DNA of 24,401 nt from a virus (Duplodnaviria > Caudoviricetes): positions 1-24,401 of IMG/VR virus record IMGVR_UViG_3300033513_000370; one strand, 5' to 3'. Below are positions 1 to 8,295 of the stretch, one piece after another; position 1 is the first letter of the stretch, and each line of letters begins with the position of its first letter. The notes below the pieces were generated by a model, which worked only from the letters and a program-made list of their open reading frames with translations, was not told the DNA's origin and ran no database searches. The translations under genes were made by a program, and so were the position numbers.

Positions 1-119
1 TCAATGGTACAGGATTGACAGAATTTCTGTACCACGCATCGAAGAATGCTATATTCGTTGTGTCGATGGTAGCATCTGCACTCAACGCTACATGGGCTCG
101 GAAGTTGTTGAAACTCCAC
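1..119 (-). CDS. hypothetical Cys-rich protein (runs off window edge)
   Basis: GTG at 119 after AGGAT, just downstream of the J-domain gene; frame MEFQQLPSPCSVECRCYHRH... stays open to base 1. Confidence 0.5.
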   Translation of the reverse strand, partial: MEFQQLPSPCSVECRCYHRHNEYSILRCVVQKFCQSCTI

Positions 120-128
120 GATATCCTG

Positions 129-767
129 TTACACTCCAAACTGGACTTTAGTCTGGTGGTAGCCTCGTGCCTTGTTGATCCATTCTTCTGTGACTTCTCT
201 GTTCAAAGCACACGATAATGATCCGTGACCTTCGCAGAAATAGTCAAGCGTCTTGACGATTTCGTCTCTGATCTTGTCATACGAAATTTTGTTCTGCTGA
301 CCAGCTCGTATTATCCACTGTGCCCACATTTCAAGATCAGGGCGAACATCCATGAAACCACCAGGCAGTTTACGCACAGGCACATCTGGGTTATCCCATG
401 AACTCATAGGTGGAGTCATCTTAGCCCACGTTGGGCGATCAGCCAAGAACTTCTCCCACTTCGAGTCGTACGTGTACTGTTTCGCTGGAGGTGGCTCAGG
501 AGCTTTCTGTTGAGGCTGCGAATAGGCACTAGGTCCTTGTCTTTGTGGGCTAGGACTTTGCCTCATCGACAAGTCGTATTGCCTCTTCTTGTCTTTGTCG
601 GAAAGAGTATCGTATGCCCTATTAATTTCTGAGCATCTGTCAGTCATTGCTCCATTTGTGGGATTTTTATCTGGGTGATATTTGTGCATTAAAGCCTTAT
701 ACGCGGCTTTGATCACTTCAGGGGAAGCATTACAACTAACTTCGAGAATTTCATAAAGGGATGACAT
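129..767 (-). CDS. J-domain (DnaJ-like, class C) protein
   Basis: N-terminal LYEILEV...IKAAYKALMHKYHPDKN...EINRAYDTLSDKDKKRQYD is a canonical J-domain with intact HPD; followed by a Q/P-rich linker and an unknown C-terminal domain. Confidence 0.93.
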   Translation of the reverse strand: MSSLYEILEVSCNASPEVIKAAYKALMHKYHPDKNPTNGAMTDRCSEINRAYDTLSDKDKKRQYDLSMRQSPSPQRQGPSAYSQPQQKAPEPPPAKQYTYDSKWEKFLADRPTWAKMTPPMSSWDNPDVPVRKLPGGFMDVRPDLEMWAQWIIRAGQQNKISYDKIRDEIVKTLDYFCEGHGSLSCALNREVTEEWINKARGYHQTKVQFGV

Positions 768-773
768 AATACT

Positions 774-1256
774 CTATTCGCATTTATTGAACTCAGACAG
801 ATAATCAATCGCATTCTGCAGTATTGTTATATCGTGGTGCAATTTTCCGATTGCGGTATTGCATGCTTGACACAGCAAACCCCGAATTATATTGGTATCG
901 TGGCAGTGGTCAACAGCTAATTTTCTGTTAGACTTTAGTTTCCCAGACTGTTTCTTGCAAATTGCACAACAGCCATTTTGTTTTGTGTACATAACATTCC
1001 ACTGTTCAGGCGTTATGCCATATTTAAATTTTAACCAAAGTCTATATCTGTTTTCCTTGCCTTTTTCGCTGTTGCGATATTTTAGTTGGGCGGTGTTATA
1101 TCCCGTGTAGCTGTTAGTGTCATTATTTTTCTTACACTCAGAACAACGAGAGGTTTTCGTGTATCGTGTTGCAACGTGACCATTCTTGCATGGTTTACCT
1201 GTATAATACTGTGTGAGTCCTTGTCGTTTGGCTTCAGTTTTTGTTATTATTTTCAT
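774..1256 (-). CDS. EndoVII-family (homing-type) endonuclease
   Basis: YGITPEQW...QNGCCAIC...LAVDHCHDTNIIRGLLCQACNTAIG; N-terminal YYTGKPCKNGH...CSEC Zn module. Confidence 0.9.
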   Translation of the reverse strand: MKIITKTEAKRQGLTQYYTGKPCKNGHVATRYTKTSRCSECKKNNDTNSYTGYNTAQLKYRNSEKGKENRYRLWLKFKYGITPEQWNVMYTKQNGCCAICKKQSGKLKSNRKLAVDHCHDTNIIRGLLCQACNTAIGKLHHDITILQNAIDYLSEFNKCE

Positions 1257-1271
1257 GCATTTGGGCTTACT

Positions 1272-1481
1272 TCAAGTGTCTCGTATAACGTCATGGTTCT
1301 TTACAACTTTTGCAGGAATAGTGTCTGTTAGGTATATGTATTCACTTTTCCACTTGCCTGACCATTTGTGTGCTTCGTGTTGTGGAGTTGGAGTTGGATT
1401 GGGACAATGCCCATCTTCCAGGTGGTTGTATTCGTATTCGCCTTTTTCGTTCAGGCGAAACCAAAGTGTTCCTGGCTTCAT
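1272..1481 (-). CDS. hypothetical protein
   Basis: start overlaps upstream stop (TAATG); fits - strand operon. Confidence 0.7.
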   Translation of the reverse strand: MKPGTLWFRLNEKGEYEYNHLEDGHCPNPTPTPQHEAHKWSGKWKSEYIYLTDTIPAKVVKNHDVIRDT

Positions 1482-1726
1482 TATGCTTTGTCCAGTAATT
1501 TGATGCGGAAGACATTCATTTCTTCGTGTTCCATCATGCAGTTAACACCAGCTTCCTTCAATTTTTCGGTGAGCTCTTCTGTACTGCACGCACCCCACCG
1601 CAAGTCGCTAATGTGGATATTGACATAAACTATGGTATCACCAAACATGGTCTCAGTGCGCATTCCTACCACGCGCATCTGGCAGTTATCGAGGGTGTTT
1701 TCAATGAGTTTAGTAATGTTCTTCAC
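1481..1726 (-). CDS. hypothetical protein
   Basis: GTG start after AAGGTG; tight operon packing. Confidence 0.7.
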   Translation of the reverse strand: MKNITKLIENTLDNCQMRVVGMRTETMFGDTIVYVNIHISDLRWGACSTEELTEKLKEAGVNCMMEHEEMNVFRIKLLDKA

Positions 1727-2081
1727 TTACATCACCTTCGTTTTCATTTTCGCAACACTCGGCAGTTGCTTGGCAGCATTCGCAGTCTTCGGGACAGAAG
1801 ATATGGTCATCGCAAATGCAATCGATTTCACAACAGAAATCGCAAATGCCTTGATGTTCAGCTTCCCATTCTGCTGCTTCTTGTTCCCAGTTATCCTGGC
1901 GCTGTTCGTATTGGTGGTGATACCGATGAATCTCCCACAGCACAAAAGGCCAAACACACCCATACCACACGTAAATGAGTGGGTTAGGAGAGAATCTACG
2001 CCCAAGTATCCATGTTCGATAACCCACGTAAATACCTGCGAGCACGTAAAGAACTGCTAATACTGCGAGTACAACGGTCAT
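1710..2081 (-). CDS. membrane protein with Cys/acidic-rich C-terminal tail
   Basis: two hydrophobic segments, then CDFCCEIDCICDDHIFCPEDCECCQATAECCE. Confidence 0.7.
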   Translation of the reverse strand: MTVVLAVLAVLYVLAGIYVGYRTWILGRRFSPNPLIYVWYGCVWPFVLWEIHRYHHQYEQRQDNWEQEAAEWEAEHQGICDFCCEIDCICDDHIFCPEDCECCQATAECCENENEGDVSEEHY

Positions 2082-2686
2082 ACTGATTTCCTTTCGGGAA
2101 GGTTGAATACGGACGGGTCTGTGATATTGTCAACCCAACCAAAGATGTGTTCAGCTTGTGTCACAGTGTGTTTAAACACACCAACGAGGTACATTCGATT
2201 CTGACAACCATCCGATGCCATTTCATATGCCAATGACGTAGAGCCTTGCCATTCCGAGTCCATGAACCTTTTGATGTAGTCAACTTTTGCGATGAGGTCA
2301 GCAATTGTGCTGAATTCAACCTCGTATTCGTAGTCATCAGGTACCTCAATGAACAATGGAATATGCTTATGAAACACATACTTCCAGTTGTCGTTGAGAC
2401 CAGAAATTGTTAATGGGCCACAACAACCTTCGCGGAAGCACTTACCTTCGCCACAGTGATGGTGACATGTACCACCGTCCTTGCACAGTCGTTCTGTTTC
2501 TTCTACGAATTCCCAGCATTGACAGTACTTACAGCCCACAGCCTCCATTTGTTCATACGGATCGAAGTGCCTGTAGTATGAATGACCACAGACACAAACA
2601 CGGCCATCGCCGTACTTGGGATTGTAGTGATACACTATAGTAGAACTTTCAATATATGCTGGCTCATCGGGTTGTTCTTCGCTCAT
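2078..2686 (-). CDS. hypothetical Cys/His-rich multi-module protein
   Basis: start reassigned to MSEEQ (ATGA overlap, GGAGA SD); CVCGHSYYRHFD...CKYCQC and CKDGGTCHHHC...CC motifs. Confidence 0.75.
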   Translation of the reverse strand: MSEEQPDEPAYIESSTIVYHYNPKYGDGRVCVCGHSYYRHFDPYEQMEAVGCKYCQCWEFVEETERLCKDGGTCHHHCGEGKCFREGCCGPLTISGLNDNWKYVFHKHIPLFIEVPDDYEYEVEFSTIADLIAKVDYIKRFMDSEWQGSTSLAYEMASDGCQNRMYLVGVFKHTVTQAEHIFGWVDNITDPSVFNLPERKSV

Positions 2687-2889
2687 ATGCTGGTCTCCGG
2701 AACACATTTAGCTGTCATTTCGATTTTACCAACTGCGTCGGGGTTCTTTTTGTAAAATTCAGCAATGAGCTGTTCCTTTTCGTAGGCAATCTCACTGCAT
2801 TGTCGGCAGGTGGCGAATACATGGACAGTGGTACGTTCAGTGATCTTTCCATGAGAAATCATGGTAATAATTAAAGCCCAAGCAATCAT
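2683..2889 (-). CDS. hypothetical protein
   Basis: GAGGGG SD, hydrophobic N-terminus, CxxC. Confidence 0.7.
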   Translation of the reverse strand: MIAWALIITMISHGKITERTTVHVFATCRQCSEIAYEKEQLIAEFYKKNPDAVGKIEMTAKCVPETSI

Positions 2890-2926
2890 AATGCCCCCTC
2901 AGCACTAATTGGAATAACATGCAAGA

Positions 2927-2955
2927 AGTATCCAATAGTAGGGAACAAAAGTCAA
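2927..2955 (-). promoter_or_regulatory. sigma70-like early promoter
   Basis: TTGACT-N17-GATACT; the -35 overlaps the TGA of the upstream ORF. Confidence 0.5.
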
Positions 2956-3092
2956 CTCCAGATCGACCGCCCTTGTTTCCAGTTGCGTATCATTATGAAT
3001 TTGCGTTTCCATACCAAGCGATGTGTTCTTTTTGCTTGTTGAATGGAGACCATGTCTCTTTCCTGAAAGCGTGTTCGCTTTTTATTGGTCAT
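2952..3092 (-). CDS. small basic hypothetical protein (46 aa)
   Basis: MTNKKRTRFQERDMVSIQQAKRTHRLVWKRKFIMIRNWKQGRSIWS; ATGA overlap with upstream gene; below the ORF-track size cutoff. Confidence 0.6.
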   Translation of the reverse strand: MTNKKRTRFQERDMVSIQQAKRTHRLVWKRKFIMIRNWKQGRSIWS

Positions 3093-3331
3093 GACCTACC
3101 ACCTCTGCGTTTCGTCCAGTCGTACGTTTCGTCAGTGACATCAACACCCTGCAAACTCACACATTCCGCCATTTCTGATGCAATTGTGATATGCGTAATG
3201 TTCTTGCCTTCTCTGCGTTCTTTGCGTAACATTTCGCAGTATTTCAGTGTATCGTCAAGCTGACCAGAGCCAAAATCTTGTGACTTTGGCACACCATCTT
3301 CTGTCCAATACACACGATGTGTGTTACTCAT
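3089..3331 (-). CDS. hypothetical protein
   Basis: ATGA overlaps at both ends. Confidence 0.75.
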   Translation of the reverse strand: MSNTHRVYWTEDGVPKSQDFGSGQLDDTLKYCEMLRKERREGKNITHITIASEMAECVSLQGVDVTDETYDWTKRRGGRS

Positions 3332-3786
3332 TTGGATGTTGACCCTTGAACGCGCATGAGTGTACCATACACGTGTTTGTTGTACAAATTGTAGTCCTCG
3401 GGAAACTGCAGGTAGTTGGTGTATGCAATGAACTTGGACACTGCAGCAGACCGTGAGATACCAGCTTCACAGTGAACTACAGCATCTTCAACCACATCGC
3501 TGTACTTTTGGAGGAACTCGATTATTTTGGCTGCATCTTCTTCGTTGAACAACCGAAACATTGCGGCTTGTTGAGGGTTCATGTGACTAGGATCAACGTC
3601 GTCAAACTCGAGACGGAGAACGTCAAGCCATGAATTGTCGTGAAGAACTGCAGGTTTAGCTGCCCACGTAAAGCTATTTGGCACAGCTGGTGACGTAATC
3701 GAAATCAAAATTCGATTGCCCTGGTTTGTCGGTTCGCAGAAGTCCTCTGCCTCTGCCTTTGAGATGAATACTGTTCTTTTGTACAT
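3328..3786 (-). CDS. Cys-based protein tyrosine/dual-specificity phosphatase-like protein
   Basis: P-loop VHCEAGISRSAAV (HCX5R), plus LISIT and LRLEFDD general-acid region. Confidence 0.88.
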   Translation of the reverse strand: MYKRTVFISKAEAEDFCEPTNQGNRILISITSPAVPNSFTWAAKPAVLHDNSWLDVLRLEFDDVDPSHMNPQQAAMFRLFNEEDAAKIIEFLQKYSDVVEDAVVHCEAGISRSAAVSKFIAYTNYLQFPEDYNLYNKHVYGTLMRVQGSTSK

Positions 3787-4202
3787 TATTTGTTATGCCT
3801 TTCACATGCGTAGAGCACGCTGTCTTTGTCGCCTTCTGCTATATAGTCGGCTGGTCTTCCACAGTTGTCAAATTCGCAGTATCTTGTTGGGAACACAGAG
3901 TAACCTCCTGGTAAACAACGAGGATAGAACACGAATTTTTCTTTTCTTGTTTCCTTTTTGCGATGAGCCACTTCCACTTTCAGATTTCGGTGCTCGACCG
4001 TGAGTAAGGCAAGCTCACCTTTCAACTTATTCATTTCCGAAAAAGCCTCTGCGTACAGTTGCTGGTACATCTTTAGATGTTTCAGTTGCTGTTTCAGTTG
4101 CTCATTTTCAGCCGATAACTTGTTGTTTTCTTTGACGGCTTGCATCAACAACTTGTCGGGCTTTCGGCCTCTTGGGCCTGTGAATGTGCTATTTTTGCTC
4201 AT
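3786..4202 (-). CDS. coiled-coil protein with C-terminal Zn ribbon
   Basis: start reassigned to MSKNS (GGAG SD); heptad-rich middle; CEFDNC...ACERH. Confidence 0.7.
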   Translation of the reverse strand: MSKNSTFTGPRGRKPDKLLMQAVKENNKLSAENEQLKQQLKHLKMYQQLYAEAFSEMNKLKGELALLTVEHRNLKVEVAHRKKETRKEKFVFYPRCLPGGYSVFPTRYCEFDNCGRPADYIAEGDKDSVLYACERHNK

Positions 4203-4461
4203 ATGCGCCACTCCAGTATGGGCTATCGGCTGGTGGATACTCCTGCACCCACCCGTCTTTCCACGCAATTGTGTAGTATCCAACTTGCAGTCCAATGGTT
4301 CCATGTGCTTCGAACGATATCACACGTCCACCAGCCTGCAGTGCAGTTTGAGTGTATCCAAACTTGTCACACAGTTGTGTGAACTCCGCAAGACTTGTCA
4401 CTCGATGCTTGACGGGTAGCTTGATGGGCTTGGCAAAGTATTGTTTTATCGAGCTGATCAT
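4189..4461 (-). CDS. hypothetical protein
   Basis: GAGG SD, ATGA overlap. Confidence 0.7.
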   Translation of the reverse strand: MISSIKQYFAKPIKLPVKHRVTSLAEFTQLCDKFGYTQTALQAGGRVISFEAHGTIGLQVGYYTIAWKDGWVQEYPPADSPYWSGAYEQK

Positions 4462-4937
4462 ATCAAATCGACCTCGTTGATCTGGTATGCTACCAAATTT
4501 GTGTACACAAAATGCTGAGCCATGATAGGATCACTGTCTGTGTATCCTAAAGCCACCAGGATTTCGCGTTTTTGCTCTTCATACTCAGCAAGATACCGAA
4601 CCGCACGTTCACCATTTCGGTCGCTTATCTGCTTGTTCAGCAGTTCCGCCTTGAGACGTTCGTTTTTCATCTCTTGAGTGATCTGGTGTTTGCCTAGACC
4701 AGATGGCCACGGTGTCAGGGGGATGAGGTTTTCGTATTCAGGAGACCTCAACTTTGCCAGGTATTCACGTTCCGCTACTTTGACCTGTTCAACAGCTATA
4801 TTCCACTCTTTTTGTTTGGCGAGAAGATCGTCAACATAAGCCTGTGCCTTGTCGTGATCGGTGGATGCAACCAGATTTTCTGTCCAAGCATCCTCATAAT
4901 CGCCGTCAGATGCTGTAACAATGTAAACTTTAGCCAT
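4458..4937 (-). CDS. hypothetical phage protein
   Basis: KVYIV...GDYED...A...YQINEVDL pattern typical of phage early proteins; first gene after a promoter. Confidence 0.8.
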   Translation of the reverse strand: MAKVYIVTASDGDYEDAWTENLVASTDHDKAQAYVDDLLAKQKEWNIAVEQVKVAEREYLAKLRSPEYENLIPLTPWPSGLGKHQITQEMKNERLKAELLNKQISDRNGERAVRYLAEYEEQKREILVALGYTDSDPIMAQHFVYTNLVAYQINEVDLI

Positions 4938-4969
4938 GATGTTGTTTGCTGTTATTGAATAATAGGTGC

Positions 4970-5029
4970 ATCTTATTATATTAAGGTGATAATGTCAACA
5001 TTGACTTTATCAATTATTTGAGGTAAGAT
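4970..5029. promoter_or_regulatory. back-to-back divergent sigma70-like promoters
   Basis: - strand TTGACA(4998-4993)-N17-TAAGAT; + strand TTGACT(5001-5006)-N17-TAAGAT. Confidence 0.8.
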
Positions 5030-5059
5030 GTTTGTATTCTTTTACATAAAGGAGTAAAC

Positions 5060-5416
5060 ATGAAAAGACTGATGTATGTTGCAATTGGCGTTGCGCTTCT
5101 GTCATTGACAGGTTGTGATGAGCCCAAACAAGTCAAGAACCCCGAAATCTACGATCTTGGCACTTTCGATGGCTGTGGCGTGAAATACGTCAATCGTGGG
5201 TACAAAGACAATAGTTTCTACATTGCGAGGTGTGGAACCACATCCACAGCTACAGGTGGGTATGAAACGGGTGGCAAGCCGCGCCAACACATTCCGCAAG
5301 TAACAATCGTGGATGAAGGTGCAATGGATGCACAGATTCAGGCACTACAAGAAAAGAAGGCTGCTCTCAACAAGCTGACCCCTCGCGAACGCGAACTGCT
5401 TGGCATTAAGAAGTGA
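5060..5416 (+). CDS. lipoprotein
   Basis: AAGGAG SD; signal peptide MKRLMYVAIGVALLSLTG-C (lipobox). Confidence 0.85.
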   Translation: MKRLMYVAIGVALLSLTGCDEPKQVKNPEIYDLGTFDGCGVKYVNRGYKDNSFYIARCGTTSTATGGYETGGKPRQHIPQVTIVDEGAMDAQIQALQEKKAALNKLTPRERELLGIKK

Positions 5417-5421
5417 AATGG

Positions 5422-5452
5422 TGGGACTGAGAAATCAGTCCCATTTGCTTTT
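5422..5452. terminator. intrinsic terminator between convergent genes
   Basis: TGGGACTGA-GAAA-TCAGTCCCA, 9-bp stem with GNRA loop, followed by TTTGCTTTTT. Confidence 0.8.
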
Positions 5453-5533
5453 TGCGGCTTTGATAAGCTGTATTATTGCATAAATCATTATCACTGCAAC
5501 AATTACTCCTAAGATTTTATCAGCTATTGCCAT
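5435..5533 (-). CDS. small membrane peptide (32 aa)
   Basis: MAIADKILGVIVAVIMIYAIIQLIKAAKSKWD; AAGGA SD. Confidence 0.65.
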   Translation of the reverse strand: MAIADKILGVIVAVIMIYAIIQLIKAAKSKWD

Positions 5534-5726
5534 TGGTTTGTCCTTTCAGTGCGTTAATCCATGCTTGCATGTCGGTTGGTAGTGGATCGTCTTCTTCTGC
5601 ATAACGATGCCACGAATCGTATCTTGCGCTATATAGCTGTGTTCCTGCAATTTCAAGTTGTGCTACACGTGCACGAAGTCTGTTAAGTTCTTCGTATGGC
5701 CCATCTAAATCTCTAAGGTCATTCAT
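5520..5726 (-). CDS. hypothetical protein
   Basis: GGAG SD; overlaps both neighbours. Confidence 0.7.
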   Translation of the reverse strand: MNDLRDLDGPYEELNRLRARVAQLEIAGTQLYSARYDSWHRYAEEDDPLPTDMQAWINALKGQTNGNS

Positions 5727-5907
5727 GCAGTTCTCCGTTGTCTACGCACTCGAATTCGATGTCAATGTCGAATTCGAGTGCGATCAGATCAGCTATAAAC
5801 AGTTTGCATTGCTCCTTAGAAAGGAATGAAACGGTCAAATGCCAGTCCGCAATTGATGCTCTGTGTGCGATTGTCGGTTCGCCTATTGGGAAGTGTCTTT
5901 CGATCAT
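5719..5907 (-). CDS. hypothetical protein
   Basis: start reassigned to MIERH (AGAGG SD) because the longer start lies inside the promoter. Confidence 0.65.
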   Translation of the reverse strand: MIERHFPIGEPTIAHRASIADWHLTVSFLSKEQCKLFIADLIALEFDIDIEFECVDNGELHE

Positions 5908-5934
5908 ATAGCCTCTTTTTGTAGTTGTGGTTTG

Positions 5935-5999
5935 ATTATACACTTTGTGGTTGTACCTTTCAACAGCTTGTTGATTTCTTTACACAAATGTGAGATAGT
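5935..5999. promoter_or_regulatory. divergent sigma70-like promoters
   Basis: - strand TTGAAA-N17-TATAAT (5963-5935); + strand TTGATT-N17-GATAGT (5971-5999). Confidence 0.65.
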
Positions 6000-6044
6000 G
6001 TTGCTATTGAAGTAGCGACAAATTACCAAATAAATAGGTAGGCT

Positions 6045-6143
6045 ATGACAACAAAAACTAAAGTCTCGTGGGCATTTCTTGCAGCGACCATCTTTGTGGT
6101 GCTGTCAAAACTTATCGAGTGGGCTCTCACATACTGGAAATAA
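6045..6143 (+). CDS. small membrane peptide (32 aa)
   Basis: MTTKTKVSWAFLAATIFVVLSKLIEWALTYWK; preceded by ATAAATA (6030-6036) and AGG. Confidence 0.6.
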   Translation: MTTKTKVSWAFLAATIFVVLSKLIEWALTYWK

Positions 6144-6144
6144 T

Positions 6145-6345
6145 ATGGCAACCTATAGCACTAACCCAAAACTGATTGCAGCATACAGAACGTGTTACGG
6201 CATGTACGGTGGCTTTGGACCAGTGGGCATCACACCAACACGGCTCAAAGTGAAATCTATGATCCACAAAGGCCGCAGAAACAAAGGCAAAATGAGCATT
6301 ATGCTCATAGCCGTAGCTGGTACTTTCCCACGACGTTGCAGGTAG
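6145..6345 (+). CDS. small basic hypothetical protein
   Basis: ATG 1 nt after the previous stop; ends abutting the convergent gene. Confidence 0.5.
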   Translation: MATYSTNPKLIAAYRTCYGMYGGFGPVGITPTRLKVKSMIHKGRRNKGKMSIMLIAVAGTFPRRCR

Positions 6346-6603
6346 TTACTTCCTGCCTCTTTCCTCGTTACAGACTTCGATTGCAAAGCGTAATGCCATT
6401 GCAGCAACCTGAATGGCTTCCTTCCGCATTGCGACTAAGTCGCGGCGTTTCTGGTTGGTCTTAACGTGATCCCATAGTTCATCACATTCTTCGTGAAGAA
6501 CAGCAAAACCTTCGTGGGCGGAGTTAAAGGCTGGCCAATTTGTAATGGCAGAGGTGAGTTCCGTTACAGTTTCCTGTAACGCTTCGTCTATTTTGGTTTT
6601 CAT
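6346..6603 (-). CDS. MazG-like (all-alpha NTP pyrophosphatase) protein
   Basis: EGFAVLHEECDELWDHVK...MRKEAIQVAAMALRF (EExxE...ExxQ/D pattern). Confidence 0.75.
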   Translation of the reverse strand: MKTKIDEALQETVTELTSAITNWPAFNSAHEGFAVLHEECDELWDHVKTNQKRRDLVAMRKEAIQVAAMALRFAIEVCNEERGRK

Positions 6604-6644
6604 TGTGTACCTTTCTTATTGTTTTTATTAGTACTTTTGGTGGT

Positions 6645-6872
6645 TTAGAACCACCACTGTATTGCTTCTTTCACACAGAGCTTTCGATCCTTAGGAGGTG
6701 TCCAGCCTTCTGCAATCAGCCTATTACGACGAATTTCGCAGTTGCGTTGATTGTTTTCGATGGTTAGCTTTTGCATTCCCATCGCAAATAGGTAAAGGCA
6801 ACCGAGGAAAACCAAGAGCTTGAGTGTAGGTTTTGCCCAATTCATAGCGAACTCCTGTATGCTACTCGCCAC
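6645..6872 (-). CDS. membrane protein
   Basis: hydrophobic LKLLVFLGCLYLFAMGM; true start may be 6845. Confidence 0.65.
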   Translation of the reverse strand: MASSIQEFAMNWAKPTLKLLVFLGCLYLFAMGMQKLTIENNQRNCEIRRNRLIAEGWTPPKDRKLCVKEAIQWWF

Positions 6873-7096
6873 CGTTCCAGTATTTCATCGCGTTCTGCGA
6901 TCACTTTCTTTTTCTGGGAAGCAATCTCAGCGTCATCACTGGTAAGTGCGTACGAACCGTCAATGGCAAAGATCCGTTGTGCACCCTCTACAAAGATTGC
7001 GTGAATTGCATCAGCCTGTTGTTTCCATTTTGTCATGTAGTCATGCATTGCTTTCTCCCGCATCGTAGCGCTTCTTGGTGGAAAATACATGGCCAC
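6842..7096 (-). CDS. hypothetical protein
   Basis: fills the operon; start uncertain (7063 or 7048 more likely). Confidence 0.6.
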   Translation of the reverse strand: MAMYFPPRSATMREKAMHDYMTKWKQQADAIHAIFVEGAQRIFAIDGSYALTSDDAEIASQKKKVIAERDEILERWRVAYRSSL

Positions 7097-7256
7097 AATC
7101 TGGACATACCAGTAGTGTAACCACTTCCTGTGTGGTTGGGAAAATAGGATGTTCGCGTGTCAGCTTACCAGCAAAGAAGTCACCATGCTCACCTTGCTTG
7201 AACCCTTCAAGGTCGCCTTGGATTTCGTCTTCGTAACCACATGCAGGACATTTCAT
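7041..7256 (-). CDS. Zn-ribbon protein
   Basis: MKCPACG...CPDCGHVF; AAGG SD. Confidence 0.75.
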   Translation of the reverse strand: MKCPACGYEDEIQGDLEGFKQGEHGDFFAGKLTREHPIFPTTQEVVTLLVCPDCGHVFSTKKRYDAGESNA

Positions 7257-7379
7257 TGGGCACCTTCCTTTTTCAAACTTTCAAGATAGGACAACATGTC
7301 TTCGAATGCGTCAGCTTTTGCAGCACACCGAATGTAGTATTCCGAAATGCACTGAAGTCAATACCTTTTTATTGCTCAT
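7253..7379 (-). pseudogene. small gene split by an apparent +1 frameshift
   Basis: MSNKKVLTSV... stops at 7311, while the +1 frame ISEYYIRCAAKADAFEDMLSYLESLKKEGAQ* ends with an ATGA overlap on the next gene. Confidence 0.4.
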
Positions 7380-7698
7380 GTACTTTCACCCATAGATATT
7401 TCAAAATGTCATTACTGACAGCATCCGGATGAAAAGGGGAATAGTCAACACCATCTTTCAAATATTTGTTTTGACCTGCTTCATTATCCGCAAACCACTG
7501 CGCTGTTAGTGGATTCTCTTTGTCCCACAAATGGTACTCATTTCGAATGCCCATTCCAGCTGTGTGGTGGAAACCAAGCATATCCTCCAGCGAAATGGTC
7601 TCCAAATGAGCCAGTTCCTCATCTGTTAACCTGTTGAATTCTTGGTTAACAATTTGTGTAACGGTGAGAAACTTTTTAGTGGAGGGTTGGCTGCTCAT
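7369..7698 (-). CDS. conserved hypothetical protein (resembles DUF6794)
   Basis: HHTAGMGIRNEYHLW...HPDAVS motif; start MSSQP with GGAG SD. Confidence 0.65.
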   Translation of the reverse strand: MSSQPSTKKFLTVTQIVNQEFNRLTDEELAHLETISLEDMLGFHHTAGMGIRNEYHLWDKENPLTAQWFADNEAGQNKYLKDGVDYSPFHPDAVSNDILKYLWVKVHEQ

Positions 7699-7972
7699 TG
7701 CAATGCTCCAGTAGTTCAAGTACTATGTCTCGGAATTCGCCACGACGCATGCAGTCGAGTACTTTGGTTTCCTCGTCTTCGTGCAGGACAGTAATGCGCA
7801 ACAACTCACTGCTGATGTGTTTGTCCGCATCGTAGTGCGCAACAACAACTTGGCACTCGTTGATGTCGTAGTCACTCTCGAAAGGAGTGGATGGGTCGAT
7901 GGGCTCACCATCAACAATATCGAAAGAATGCAGCTGTCCTTCAAGTCGGACAATAATCATATTTGGTTTCAT
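7676..7972 (-). CDS. acidic hypothetical protein
   Basis: start MKPNM after AGGT, just downstream of the previous stop. Confidence 0.7.
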   Translation of the reverse strand: MKPNMIIVRLEGQLHSFDIVDGEPIDPSTPFESDYDINECQVVVAHYDADKHISSELLRITVLHEDEETKVLDCMRRGEFRDIVLELLEHCNEQPTLH

Positions 7973-7976
7973 GTGG

Positions 7977-8273
7977 TTACCTATCGTAAAAATGGTTTTT
8001 GTTGTAGTACTCGTTGAGGCTGACTGCACTAGGTGCCTTCTTGGCAGGCTTCTTGTGCTTCTTGTCGTAACTTGTTTTCAATGACTTCTTTGGCACACAA
8101 TTCAGCGAAAAGGTTTTGAAATCAACCTTATTTGTCGTAAATTGTTCATCGTATTGCATGTGCGAAAGTATGAGCATCTTGGCCGATTCGCAGTCGTCCA
8201 TATTATCGAACTCTTGATATGAGAACACTGGTGCGCCCATCAAAAGTGATATTGATACCAGAATGTAGTGCAT
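7977..8273 (-). CDS. hypothetical, possibly exported protein
   Basis: start MHYILVSISLLMG with GGAGGT SD; EFDNMDDCESAK...CVPK motif. Confidence 0.75.
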   Translation of the reverse strand: MHYILVSISLLMGAPVFSYQEFDNMDDCESAKMLILSHMQYDEQFTTNKVDFKTFSLNCVPKKSLKTSYDKKHKKPAKKAPSAVSLNEYYNKNHFYDR

Positions 8274-8295
8274 ACCACCTCCATATAATTCACCG

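Noticed and set aside
2886-2954. TGA read-through extending the 46-aa ORF to the next ATGA overlap
   Set aside because: The interval is adequately explained by a promoter and SD; a 22-codon open stretch is expected by chance.
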